Notes under the pieces: generated by a model
The model's database searches: none
Seen by the model: only the letters and a program-made list of their open reading frames with translations
Told to the model about the DNA's origin: nothing
In this document: positions 15,452 through 29,299 of the stretch, piece by piece
Position numbering within the stretch: position 1 is the first letter of the stretch
Layout: each line of letters starts with the position of its first letter
Program-made: the position numbers and the translations under genes
DNA from: the human T2T-CHM13v2.0 reference genome, Homo sapiens
DNA length: 64,000 nucleotides
NCBI RefSeq assembly: GCF_009914755.1
Contig: NC_060938.1
Reading direction: 5' to 3' (one strand)

Positions 15452-15719
15452 TTTTTTTTTTTTTTATACTTTAAGTTTTAGGGTACATGTGCACAACGTG
15501 CAGGTTAGTTACACATGTATACATGTGCCATGTTGGTGTGCTGCACCCAGTAACTCATCATTTAGCATTAGGTATATCTCCTAATGCTATCCCTCCCCCC
15601 TCCCCCAACCCCACAACAGGCCCCGGTGTGTGATGTTCCCCTTCCTATGTCCATGTGTTCTCACTGTTCAATTCCCACCTATGAGTGAGAACATGCGGTG
15701 TTTGGTTTTTTGTCCTTGC
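15452..15719 (-). mobile_element. 5'-truncated L1PA 3' end
   Basis: Poly-T followed by tatactttaagttttagggtacatgtgcacaacgtgcagg...cccacctatgagtgagaacatgcggtg. No clean TSD. Confidence 0.95.
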
Positions 15720-16120
15720 AACAGAACCATCATTCTCAACATCTGTTTGAAATGAATTAGCTGAAAGCAAGTCCCTCCTGTGGAGTCTAATAACACGTTA
15801 TTAACTCCTTTGAGGCACCTTTGAAGTACAAATGTGTCATCACACGTATAACAGTATAACATCATTTCTGTTTACAATAAACACAGAGAAAATAAAAGCC
15901 ACCATTTCAGAAGAAGTAAATCCAAACCATATGAACTAAAGACTGTACTTTCAGGGACCCCTGTCACTCATGTGGTCATGTCACATTTCAGCAGCCAGAC
16001 CTGGCTCCCCACCTCTGCCTTCAATCTCTGTAGGTTGTTGCATAGTCCCTGGCCTTGACAAAGTCATTCAAAATTGCTGGGCCTCAGTTTTCCCAATGAC
16101 AGGGTTGGTCCAGATACAGC

Positions 16121-16708
16121 TGTGAAAATAAATACAATTTAAAAGCTGTTGGAACCCCCAAAAACACTTTAAGCCTTGAGAGAGATATGGCTGTGATCTG
16201 AGTCATGCAGCATGTTTTGCAATTCTACTTCTTAGATTATAGCTTAACTCTCTTCCTCATTGTTTTGTTCTGTAAGTGACTAGGAGACCAGAGACCAGAC
16301 CTCTACCTTCCAATCACAAATCTTTGTTAGAGATTAACTGCCTTCTTTATTGTCCTGACCTATCTCCTGACCTAACTCAGACTAGATGGTGCTCTGAACA
16401 GGGACCCCATGACAGTTACATCTGCAGTAACTGCAATGGAATGTTAAATGTACCTTTCTCAAAAGAGGAGGACCATCTGAACTAATCAGGTCATTGTGAC
16501 TATGTATTAAGCCTTACATAGAAAGATGCTGAAATTCTGCTAAAATTCCCCAGGCTTTGTCTACATAAGCAATCTCACACGTCTACGCTTTGTAACACTG
16601 ACTTCCATTGTTAGGAATCTGTGCTTCTTGGGTGGGCTTGTCCTCAACCTTTGCACTTAAAGTCTCTTTAATCTAGATTCTGACCCTTTTCATTATTTTA
16701 GGTTGGCA
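16121..16708 (+). mobile_element. ERV1 solo LTR, MER34/MER39-like
   Basis: TG...CA termini: tgtgaaaataaa...aagctgttggaac and ...cattattttaggttggca. Confidence 0.7.
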
Positions 16709-16994
16709 TAGAGTACCTGAGAGGCCCTGTAGGCGGCTAGGGCTGCACTGTCTTCCCAGTGCTTTCATCTATTTCCTCTATTGAAGTTCTGGTGGACAAA
16801 CACAAAAAACAAAAAGCAAGATGATTTTAAAGGTGCTTGATGACTCGATTGTTCTTAGGATGAAAAAAATAGCTTAAGAATTATCTTAAATATTTTCCTG
16901 GGACAAAACTAGGAAAAAAGTTAAAACTATCCATAAAGGCGGGTTTTCTCCCACCTCCCTTTTTAATACCCAGGAATGTAGTGGCTAAAATATT

Positions 16995-17085
16995 CCCAGC
17001 AATTCATATACAACTCCAGGGGGCACCATTCATAACAAAGACAATGTCAATGGTGTTTCCTGGAGCATGCCACTCAGTGGCTTTA
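16995..17085. mobile_element. MER91-type hAT-Tip100 MITE
   Basis: Palindromic core caactccagggggcaccattc...gtcaatggtgtttcctggag. Confidence 0.7.
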
Positions 17086-17094
17086 AGGAGCCAA

Positions 17095-17300
17095 TAAGTG
17101 GGCCTGCCCTGGCATCTTATCTTTACGACTTACTAGTTATATGACCCTTGGCAAGCTATTTGATCTCTCTGATTCTGTTTCCTTCTCTATAAAATGGAGT
17201 TGATAAAGCATATTTCCAAAGTCTGCTATAAAAATTAAATTAGATAACATATGTATAGAATCTGGTGTTGGGCAGCATACTAACACCAGTATTAGTTCTT
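17095..17300 (+). mobile_element. MIR
   Basis: acttactagttatatgacccttggcaagctatttgatctctctg...tttccttctctataaaatggag. Confidence 0.75.
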
Positions 17301-20148
17301 TAAAATCATAAAACTATCCTATTGCATGGTATAAGAAACAATGGTATCTAGGACTTGTGGCCCATACTATAGGAAGAGACCAAAAGATACTGTGAAACTG
17401 GCAACAGATTTCATATCCTAAAGATGTGGAAGATACCCAAAAGTTAAAGAGGTCAGAATGTAGTGGCCCCAGAAGCACCTAATTTTGAAGTCTCAGAAGT
17501 GTGATAGCTGGCAGAAAAGAAGACTAATCGGCATACTAATTTATCAGGGTGTGTTGGCACAACTATTATTAAGCATAAGCAACTGTTTAAGACATGCTGC
17601 ATTCACTAAGGTTATATGTGCTGCCAACAAATTACTACATGCTTAATTTAAACCTTTTTGTGCCTTCCTTAGTAATCCAGGACTTGTCAATATTTAATTG
17701 CGCTAAATCTTTGATTCTTTAGATAAGAAGCAATTAACCTACACAATAAAACTATAATTTAGGAATTACAGACTTTCAAAGTGATGGAACTGAAAGAGAT
17801 TTTATATAGCATCTAGTCTAACCTCTACATGTGACACCTGGGAAAACTGAAGTCTAGAGCAGCTGAGAGACACACCTACAGTTACACAGGGCAAAGGCAA
17901 TTCTGGCATTTGGTTTTATTAACTTATTCTAATTTTTTCTTACTACAGGAAACCAATATTCGGCTTGCCTAAATACACATACCAACAATTTAACACTGGA
18001 CATATGTGTTCCCATCTCAACTCTGCATAATTTGGGGTTCACAAGGCAATGAAAGAAAGCTGAAGGGCTGGCTCAATGATGGACAGAAGCAGTGTGGTGG
18101 GGCTGTGTGGGAAGGTCTGAGGATATTCAGGAAGGCAAAGGAAGAACAAATTAGAGATCTATCAGTCTGGGATTTGAGTAGTGGCAATTAGGGTCTATTA
18201 AGGAACCAAATATAGAATTATTCTCTATGTCCAATACGTAGCACAGTGACTAGCATGTAGTAGGTTCTTAGTTCTCATTTATTGTATGATTGGATAATGA
18301 ACTGTAATTGAATGAAGGAAAGAAAAAGCCTGTTCCTAGAGAAGAAATGAGACCTTTAGGGGAAACAGAGCAGGGGGACTGCCTAGTGCAGTCTGTTAAG
18401 GGAGGAAGAGGAAGAGTCAGCAAAGCTATCCCTAACCTTAGAATGAAGGAGGTAGCTCGTTTCCCTTGGAAGGACAGTGAGTGTGTGGCCCTTTTGCTTC
18501 CATCCACATTTCCATTCTGAGGAAGTGCAGTAGTTTCTATGGCACTTGGTCTGTTTCTGGCCACACTGCCCAGGACGGAACATGAAGAAGTGCAATGCTT
18601 GAGGGGAGTCTTTCTCCAAGAGCAACAGAAATTTCAAATCCATAATGTCACATTATTTTGAGAAGAGACTCTGTGCTTACATGCTAGCCATGCAAGCTAC
18701 TGACCATATGGACATGGATGAGAAAAATGCTTCATAGCAGGAATTGAAGATTAAGAAACAAATGTGATTCTAGGCTATCAGAGCAAACTCCACCTAATGA
18801 AGAATGAGGGAAACCTGGGATTTCCTGGCCAACTTTCCATTCACTGAAAATGTGGCCCTCTGTGGTCCTAAGCCTGGTGTGCTTCAACCTTCTGCCAAGT
18901 CCGTTAAGGCTGGACTTTCAAAGCAGGAGTCATTTTAAGAGCACTGGTGGCGCAGACATGATACAGAGCTATATCTTATTATATTTTCCAAATAGGTCAG
19001 TGTTTGAAATTCCCTTTCCTTTAAACATCTATGTCTAATATTTTTCACTTTTGTACCATAGGATGTGACCCCTTGAAAAAATATACACCATTCATCACCT
19101 CTTGTATTTTCCTGGGATTAAACAGAGAAACTATAATAAAATAAGCTGCATAAATACCTAAGAAAGACCTTCCAAGGTTCTTATGATGTAAGCAACTTCC
19201 TACTTAAAAGGAATGCCAATACCTCAGTGGCTAATACCAAAGAATTGGATAATAACTTCTCTATACAACTTCTAGTAACTAATGGCAAAATGACAGTATG
19301 TGTGTCAGTTGCTAGGACAGAGTAATGGATTCTGCTGTATGTTCATATGAAACATATATACAGCCCAAGGAGAAGATGTGATGTATTTAACGTGATCTTC
19401 ATTTAACATCTGATTAAGGCAAAGCTGGTGCATTTTTAAAAACAGTCTTTCAAAACCAAGAGACAGGTCAGTGAAAAGACCAATGATATAAACACTCTTC
19501 CCCAACTCACAGAGTTGTCAAGGCTTTTACATTTTTAGCACAGTATCAATTCTCTAAAAAGAAATGCCACCTAAGAAATGTGCTAAGCACCCTCTAAACA
19601 TTTCTCATTATGTTGCCGATGCTGGCACTCACCCCTTTACAGTGGCTTACTGTACTCATCCTAACTCAGCTCTGTATGCCATTCAAGGAATAAACACGAG
19701 TTGCTTTTGAAAGAAAGGGGAAGCATCTGTTGGAATTTTTATATTAATATTTGTAAAACATCTTGAGAAAAAATAGAAAAAGGCAACCCAGAAAATGGTG
19801 TTCTGCAATGAAATTATAGAAAAGGTAGTAAAGAAACCAAAATAAAAGGTTTTTCTAATAAGGGAGCAGTTTTGTTCTCATCATTCAAATAATCTTAGCT
19901 AAGTGCAGATAAGAACTAGAAGGCTAATTCTAAAAAAGACCAGCTTTTGGACAAGAGTGAAAACATACCTTTGTGTCTAAATTTACCATACAATAAACTC
20001 CCTGGAATGGTTCTTATGTTGTCTAGCTCTGAGCATATTGATTCTTCTCCTGTTTTTGTCTTTAATTATGCTGCTGAACTCCTAACTTCTTAAGTAAAAG
20101 TGAGTCTAAAGAAACAGGATGACTAAAGTCACACAAATGTCCACTCAC

Positions 20149-20314
20149 CTCCCATAATTTTGGATTGGCAGTTAATAAACTCTGGCTTCCTGTCCGTGAG
20201 GTACCTCTGGCAGGTATGGTGGAGGATCTGGAAGAAGGTGCATTTTTCTGACGCTGTGCTGGCTACCCACTGGTCAAAAGCATTTTCAAACAACAAATCA
20301 AACTCTGCCGAATC
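20149..20314 (-). CDS. STXBP6: STXBP6 next coding exon, 166 nt, phase 0 to 1
   Basis: Translates to DSAEFDLLFENAFDQWVASTASEKCTFFQILHHTCQRYLTDRKPEFINCQSKIMG(G), in frame with the preceding exon across a 925-nt intron. Acceptor tcattgtcttttccag; donor GAG|gtgagt. Not in the ORF track. Confidence 0.97.
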
Positions 20315-21239
20315 CTGGAAAAGACAATGAAATAACTACTAATCTCAATCTATAAAAACTGCTGTTTCTAGATTACTCCTGTCAAAAGATTTATAAGGGC
20401 TAAAACAAAGACTTTGATCGCAATCATAAGGCTCATCTTTATCCAAGTGTATGGAGAGTCTACATTTCTCTGTTTATGAAGCAAACCCCAAATCTTACAG
20501 TATTGATACATGTTCCTAGGAAACTAGTATCACACAAATTGAGATAGCCTAACTAAACACTGACAAATGTCAGAATTGAGACCATGTATTATCTTCCCAA
20601 TTTCCTGGAAAAGGGATTCCTTTAGGTTCTCAGCAACGACCTATATTAATCTGGCCCCTAAACTTTGGTAGGAAGATTCCCTCTTGTTATTTTAGTCTAT
20701 AGTAACAATTTATATTTTATTATTCTTCATTATTAGCATTTTGTGAGGTGTGCATGTGAGCAACGGGAATGTACTTTGCATAGATAACTATGCCATAAAA
20801 TGTTTCTCCTATTAAAAGCAAGGGAATCACAATGCATACTGAAAGATACCATTCATTTACTTGATTTTTGGTAAATACACCTTGTCATTAGTGCCAGTAG
20901 GAGATAAATGAGGTTTTGGTAAACATGTTTTTTTTTTTCCATATTGATAACCATCGATATGATTATCTGCACTCTGAACTTCGTACTTTGCTGATCAATG
21001 TTACCGGAGGTCACATTTTTTCAATATGCATTCTGTTAGATTCCTCTATTAAACATGATGAAAAGATTTATAATTTCCCATAAGAAAGGACTCTGTATCC
21101 GAAAGTTTTAATCACATAATTGAAATAGAGAAATAGCCTTCTTAAGAATGATTCAAACCACCACTACCACTACCAAGGTCAATCAGAGAGTCATCTTGTG
21201 AAAAGAATGCCTTTGCTCAGCATTGGACAATTCACTCAC

Positions 21240-21370
21240 CCCATTAGGATCGATACCATTAACCTGGCGAAGCTGCTCGAGCATCCACTGTGATCTCCGA
21301 ACAAATGATGTGGAGCCTTCAAACTGTTTGACCTTTGTGATGGACGCCTGTGTGGGTTTCTTGTTTGTCA
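21240..21370 (-). CDS. STXBP6: STXBP6 (amisyn) internal coding exon, 131 nt, phase 1 to 0
   Basis: Translates to (V)TNKKPTQASITKVKQFEGSTSFVRRSQWMLEQLRQVNGIDPNG, matching amisyn as I recall it. Acceptor gcactaatctgagtgatcttttcttggcag (branch-point CTAAT); donor GGG|gtgagt. Confidence 0.97.
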
Positions 21371-24300
21371 CTGCCAAGAAAAGATCACTCAGATTAGTGC
21401 ACCTGCAAGTTGGTGGTTTGTTTCCACATTCAGTGCTGTTTCTACAGGACACCTACTGTGTATATGCACAATAACAGAGAGAAGGCAGAGGGGGAAAGGA
21501 GGGAATATGAATAAATATGTGTGCCTTTGGTCAGGGGTGAACGTAAAGGAAATAGATGTTACAATCTCCACTCTGAAGCAGTTTACAATATAATTATAAT
21601 TGTAAGGGCTGCTTCATTTATGTGTTTATCCATTCAAACTGAAAATGACTTAAGTGAATAACACCAAGCACCTTCAATGGAGGCTATAAGTGCACAATTA
21701 CAGCTTGCAGGAAAAGAAGCATATAGTACTGACAGGCATCAGGTAAGGTTCACTGGGAAAGGCTGAATTTGAAAGGAAATGAAGGTAATTGGCTCCCCTA
21801 GAGAACTGCAAGGTATATTTCTAGTTTTATAGTCCAGTGTAAACATCTTAGGCTTCAGTGATGAGGAGTAATCCCTAACTCAAAAAATCCCCAAACTATT
21901 TGGCTCTCTAATATTGTTCAGTTTGTATCTAGTTTGCATCTAATTATGATTGAATCTGGTGTTCTGGGCACACCTCCACACCTGTAGGAAAAGGACAATT
22001 TCTTCTCTCAGCCTCAGTGAGTTCTTCCCCTAAGCCTTTCTGTGCTAAAGATGGACAGCATCACCTCTCAGACTGAAGCCAAGCATCAGGCACCAGGAGA
22101 GGCACTCTGAATATTTCTACATCTGCCTACTTTGTGACATGGAGACTCAAGGGTAGGAAGTAATTAATTGTCTTTAAAGGGATTTCCTAAAAGCTTCTCC
22201 TGAACCCTGGCTATAGGAATTAGCAAATTAAATAGAAAGGAACTACAGAAAGTAGAAATCATTATTGGCTATATTGAAGATGATCCTAATTACTGACTTG
22301 CTGAAGACTATGCATCTGTGGCATATTCTTTGTTTCGAATCACCCCACAGATTCCACACTTTCGAATAACTATGTAGATGCTCAACAGATGGCAAAAAGA
22401 ATTCTGAAGGGATGAAGTACAGAAAGCACCTACTCCAATCACAGTTGGTGAGCAGGGAGACTCTACAGTTCACGCATTCCATAGCTTATTGCAGTTTCAT
22501 TGTCGGGGGCCATTAAAGCAGGAGAGCAGAGACAAAGGAAAGGTGGCCGCTGTCCTTAGATCTAGTGAGAACCCTACTTTCCCAGCACTGAAAACCACCT
22601 TTATGGCCTGAGTACTATCTACTCTCTCTGCTTCCAACCAAAATTTAGTGAAGATTTGTTTTTAAGTTCAAATAATGTTTTGGTTTATCACCCATTATTT
22701 CAGTTATATTTGCTAAAAACTTCTGAATATTTCATACCAATTGCATTTACTTTTATGATTAAGAAGTCATCATCCCCTTAACACCCACAATCAGATGAAA
22801 TTTTATAGTCTTCTATTCACAAATAGGAACAACCATTCCCTCTAATTGAATTCAGGCAGTATTACCAGTCTGCCCAGGACTCTGTCTATCCATTTAATTC
22901 GATTCATTTATTTTTTGTGTCTCCTATGACACAAATGGGAGACCTAATAGGTTTCTCTGATGGCTGTGACCTGCTCTTACGTTTTAATGTTAAAGAAAAC
23001 AATACACCTGGAATACAGGCAGGTCTTAAAATGTGCTTAAAAGATTAAAAAAGGCTTTTCAATAACAGGAAAACATGGGTTCCTGTATTAGACACACACC
23101 CCTAAATGCACAAAGAGAATTTCCTCCTGTGTTTATGTAAATCATACAACATTTAAGCCTGGGAAACATGAAGGCTTTCTTTCTAACTTTAAAGTTGTTA
23201 TGAGCTCCTATTTTTACTTCTGGTCCATTTGCTTCCAAGTAATTTACAGCATTTTAAAAGCTTCAACACAACTCGAGATCACTGTATATTGCGGGCATGT
23301 TTTAAGATTCACATCTAAGGAAGGTAAGTTCCATTGAAAGTTTGTCATTGAAATGAGGCATGCAGGAACCCCAACTATTATGACAAATGACCCCATGGAA
23401 TTCCTCCACAGTGATCACACTGCAGAGCAGTCATTTTTAATGGAGGCAGTTGCAACTCTATCCATTCCTGCCTTTCCTCCCCTATTAGTTTATTCCTTGC
23501 CCAGTTCTTGGAGTCTGGCTAGTTTTCCTGGGCACTGAGCCTGGTTGGTTTAATTTTTGTTTATTGTTATTATCTCCAGCATCCTAGTTTCTATTTTGAA
23601 GCAGGTGTCTTAAAATTATATTATTATATACACATCGTATAGAGTTAAATTAAGACTTTCCCCTTCTGAAATCAAAACACTTGCACACACACACACCATT
23701 GCCAGACTTTTTGAGTACATACTTGAGGAAAGCATGCTTTAACTATTTCATTGTTTTGTTGTTTTGGGAGTCAGTAGCTGATAAAAAATACGCCAGTCAC
23801 ACAAAATCCAGATGTCTAGTGAAAAACAGTGATTCACCTTCTCTTTCCAAAGGAAAGCTAATTGACAGTACACTCTGGAAAATGCAACCAAATTATCTGG
23901 ATCAGTAATATCATAGAGCTGCATGCTAGAGACTCCCAAAGTCATTATTTTGAATGACTTTAAAGGTCAGGGGATTTCCGTTATGGCTTCAACATTCACA
24001 GGGAAGAGACCAACACAGAGGCATTTAAAGGAATAGGGTGGGTATGACTCCCAGGTAATACTGTAGACCACTCTGAAGCAGATGATTCTCCGGCTTCCTG
24101 CACTGGTATCAGAGGCAGGCAGAAGCATGGGGGCAACCCAATTCAGGCCGCTTTGCTATTAGCTCTGAAAAAACAACATGGTTTTCATGGCTTCATGCCT
24201 CTTCTTTGGCTTTCATGTAGACTTGCTACTACCTTTCAGCTTTGGTTAAGAAGCAGTGACACAAACTATTATGTCCAGAATATCCAAAATATCACTGCCA

Positions 24301-24804
24301 TCACTACTCCAGTGGAGTAACATCTCTGTCTCATGAACTAATGGTCTAAAGAGCTCTTTTTAAAAATGGCCCCTCCATGAGACACTTTATACAAACAAAA
24401 TTCGAAAACTTGCTATACTCAAAGGGTGGAGACCACTGAACTTGCCTGTGCCCAATCAGAGAATTCTATTTAATTAAAAACCAATAAGCCAGCCAATAAC
24501 AAAGACCATGTCATAACAAATTGGTCTTGCAACAAGTCAGGAAAGTAGAACTGGTAGAAGAGGGAACAAAGACCAATGAAGAAAGACAGAAAGACAAGTC
24601 ACTTGCATGTTATGTGAAATGGGAGAAGAGCTCATATACCGCCAAGATTCAGAGGCAGATCCTCTGTTTCAAGGTCCAGTGGCTGAAAGACCACTTTTTC
24701 CAAAAAGCCACACTGTTACACCTACACTCTCATTATTCACAGCATAATCCCTCAACTATTCCAAAAAGGAAAACCAGTTTGGCCTAGGAGACAAATTATC
24801 TATT

Positions 24805-25330
24805 TAAAATAAATAGCCTTAAAATATTATTTTAAAGGAGACAATCAGTATATACCACCTGTACATCCTCAACTATCTCATATTTGAGATAGCTGAATAA
24901 CATCTTTTTACACATTTTTCTACATTTACTATACACATTGAACTTGAATTACTTTATAACTTTATGTGGCCATTTCTCAAAAAAGTAAAAAAGAAAGGAA
25001 AGAAGAAAAGGGGTAAAAGAAAAACAGATTGCACCCCCAATAGCTATAGTTTTGATGTTTAGGGTGGCTAAAAATAAAATAAATATCCTTAAAATATGAT
25101 TTTAAAGGAAACAATCAGTACATACCACCTCTACATCCTCAACTATCTCATATTTGAGATAGCTGAATAACATCTTTTTACACATTTTTATACATTTACT
25201 ATACACATTGAACTTGAATTACTTCATAACTTTATGTGGCCATTTCTCAAAAAAAGAAAGAAAGAAAGAGGGCAAAAGGAAAACAAACTGCACTAAATAG
25301 CTATAGTTTGATGTTCAGGGTGGCTAAAAA
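24805..25330. repeat. Two-copy tandem duplication, period 270 bp
   Basis: Copy 1 (24805-25074) and copy 2 (25075-25330) align throughout, e.g. catcctcaactatctcatatttgagatagctgaataacatctttttacacattttt; the main indels fall in the A/G tract. Confidence 0.95.
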
Positions 25331-26166
25331 GCAGAATTTACCACACCTACATACCTAAGATGCCTTACACTTTCATCATGTGCAGCCCTATTTTGACCTT
25401 ACAGTTAAGTGAAGGTCCGTGTTGTGTGGTATGCCTCAGCTCTCTGCTCTGCTGGAGTCTAACCACCAGACATTTTGATTTCAACAAGAGTGCTGATGAA
25501 AAATAAATAAGCTGGAGGTAAAAAAAAGAGGCAGTATTCACATAGAATATTATCAGGGCTGCTGTGTGACTGTGCCAGAGGTGACTAAGGGAAAAGAAGA
25601 AAGCAAGCTTCTGAAATGAGGGTTCAGGAAGTAACTGAGTGTGGCTTCTTGGTGCTGCTGTGGTGACAGAACAGGCTACGTGGCCAAGGTGAGAAATAAT
25701 TATTTGGAGCTAGTTTCCTTACTGTTCTTCCAAAGCTCTAATGTATGATAATTCTGGGTGGATTTCGCAATATCCATGAGAAACAAATATCAGGTCTGAG
25801 GCTGCTGCGCCAGCAATTCTATCAGCCAAGATGGCTGAATGTTTATAAAGCGTAAAAGCAAAAATATCTAGGTTGTTACCTTAAATGCTTTCAGAACAGG
25901 GAAACATCCTCTCTGCTATAGTTAGTGGGAAATGGAGCATGGTGCTCTCCACACAGGATTGATCTTTTGCTTCTCACACTATTTCTTAGTGTGTTATAAT
26001 TTGGGGACATAGTAAATGTTTAGACCCTGCAGGCTATGTAACCCAGAGTTGCAAACCAGACCAACTTGTGAAATGGTCAAGTTTGTCCCTGGGGCCCTCC
26101 CCTTCTCCTCCTTCTGTTTCTTCCTTCCCATCTTAGAATCTGGCTCTCTGGCCAGATTCCCAATAG

Positions 26167-26637
<471 letters not shown>

Positions 26638-29299
26638 TAAACAGTCCCTGCTCCATTAACCCCAAAGGTGGAAGGAAACAATAAAATCAGTGCATAGGGC
26701 TTTGGGAAGCAGATTTCCTCAGTCTACTGAAAAGATAATCACAAAGGAAAAAGTTTTCCAGACAAAAGTTTCCTGATTTTGAATCACTAGTTCCTTAGTA
26801 TCACTAGTTCCTAGGTATCCAACTATATACCACATTCTCATCTCCAAAAGTGGAAGAAGAAGAGATAATGGAAAGTCTAGGAAATTTCTCCAAAAGGGAT
26901 GCCAAAAAGGAACCACTTTATGAAAATGTCTTGCTTTGTAAAGCAGTTTGGGTAAGTCTTTCAGTAGAAGGAGAAAAATAAAAAACATCTTGCTAAAAAA
27001 TTCTATGGGAAGGCTGCTTTAATATGAAGGCACAGCACTACGTCCAGAGTAGTTAGCAACTATGCAAATAATAGAGCAAGTGCCTGCCCTACACCAACTT
27101 TGCAGGCGGTACTAGCTGGTTTTAATGCTTCCATATGCCAACGAGGAAGCGGCATTACTTTTGGGATGTGCAATTTTAATGCCACAGGCCCACATGAGAT
27201 CGATCTAGTTAGTACTTTTAAAATCTAGTCCCTTTTAATTTTAAACCTTCTTTATTCTGTTGATAATTTTATTAAATGTAAAAATATGTAGATTTTTATT
27301 TTGAAAGGATACTCTCTTTTTCAAGTAAATGACAGGTAGTCCTGGACTATTACATTTTAACCTTAAAATCAGGAACCTTAACCCCTGGAAGGCTTGAGTT
27401 CCCCACTGCCCTCCCCAGACTAGGACCACGATATGGTTTTATTATAATGGATACAGAGTGCTAACTGAGGTAGGCATGTATAAATCCATGAGGGAATGAA
27501 TTTTTTTTTAAGTTTTTATTTTTGGCCTTTGAGCTTCTTGTGGATAATTTGATACATTCTTGAGTCAGGTGGCTGCTTCTTTGATGCCTTTGATGGCTCC
27601 TCAACAAAAGGAAGAACAGTTCCTGTGCTCACAAGAAACCATGAACTTACTTCAGGTTCAACTGTTTAGTTTCAAAATTCAGCCACAGTTTTAAGGTATT
27701 TGAACATTTTCTTACTAGAAAAGAGGAGTATCCCAAGAACTACAAGTAAGAGTAAAGAAAATGGTAATAACCAAGAAGTTACAGAAATATCAAGAGATAT
27801 CAAGAGACTAGAAGGAAAGGAATTTAGGGGTGAAAACCTCTTACAACAATCTCTTTTCCTGCAATCCTTATTCTAGCAGCATCTCTCTTAAGTAATTCTG
27901 TTTGTTTCAGGCTTCCTGAAAATATGATTTCAGGGAGATTCAACAACCCAAAAGGTTTCCCAATATGTTTGATTTTTTAACTTCCTTAGACATTTCTCCA
28001 TAGACCTGCAGAGAAAATAAATTTGCATGAATTTTGGATAAAGGGAACACATACAATGAATTATAGAACCTAGTTAATATTAGTTATTGCAAACTAATAG
28101 TTATATTTTATATGGAAAATTTATATAACATGTCTGTTTCATGTAATATAACTGTGAAACAAACAAACAGGTCTGAGCAAGACAGTAAATGCCCAGAGTT
28201 GTGACAACGGATGGTTTCTGAAAGGGATTAAATCCAATTCCACCTATGGTATTAGACAAGGAAGATAATGGAAGGGGTTAACTACAGTCACAAAGTCTTA
28301 TTCTGTTCTTACTTCCTCAATTCTAGAAACAGATGTAAACATCATTTATGATCCATTCTTAGGCGAGATTTACAGAGTATCAAAAAACAAAGGCTTCAAA
28401 GTCACGGCCAACTGACTCAAGAATGTATTAAGTTTCTCCACAAGAAGCTCAAAGGCTGAAAATAAAAACTTGAAAAAGAGATTTCTTTAATGTTATGCTT
28501 TCCTTTAACATTATCCATTATATACTGAAAAGTGTAGGGCAAACAGCAATTCTCTTCAGGAAAATGTCATACGTGGTAGAAATTCAATGCATATTTTACC
28601 TAGAAGAGCGGCTAAAAAGCATTCTTAGAACTAAAAAACCCTTTACAATGAGAAGAGATGGAAGCGTTTCTGCAGCTAAGGAAGCAGGTGAGGGAAGGGC
28701 CTGTGACTATGCTCCTGGATACCACGCACCTGCTGCTGAGCTTCCTCTTTCAAAACATAGATTAGGTCTAAAAGAACCATGGAAGGATGTCATGTGCACA
28801 TGGATCTCCTTTAATGTGAGAAGGCCATTCCAAAGGGAAAAAAAAGGGACTCAGATTTGAAGGAGAAAGAGTAACAGAGAGAGAATTTTTAAATGGACTA
28901 GATACTAAACATATATCACTAGGTTTTTGGAAAAATCAAAGCTGTTATTACTTGGCAAGCATAAGCTGTCAAATATAATTACCGCTATCAGTCAAGCAAA
29001 GGCAGAATTATCTGCTCTCTTGGCTCTCCTGCCTCCTCACCACCACCACCATCCCTTCTTTAGTATTTTTCATCATACATTGTAAATGAAGGGATACAGC
29101 ACTGAAGTTCTAAAAAAAAGTGCATGGTATCACTAAGAACCCGCCACCTTCTCTCTCTACTGTGTTCGATTGGGGAGTAAAATCCAGCAACATGCTCTGG
29201 TTAAAACCAAGATCAACTACATTATAAAAATTATCTAAAATTAAAATTAGCTGAATTTATTGTAATTTAAAAAATATTTTAATTTTTAATTTTTTAAAC

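Noticed and set aside
19633-19703. Possible cryptic minus-strand exon (donor GGG|gtgagt, acceptor ctttctttcaaaag)
   Set aside because: Weak AAG acceptor with an interrupted pyrimidine tract; such pairs are common by chance.
21183-21452. 89-aa ORF as a standalone gene
   Set aside because: Only 21240-21370 is real STXBP6 coding sequence; the flanks are intronic read-through.
27062-27069. Octamer ATGCAAAT and scattered AP-1 TGAGTCA sites
   Set aside because: Expected by chance in 64 kb of AT-rich DNA, with no supporting context.
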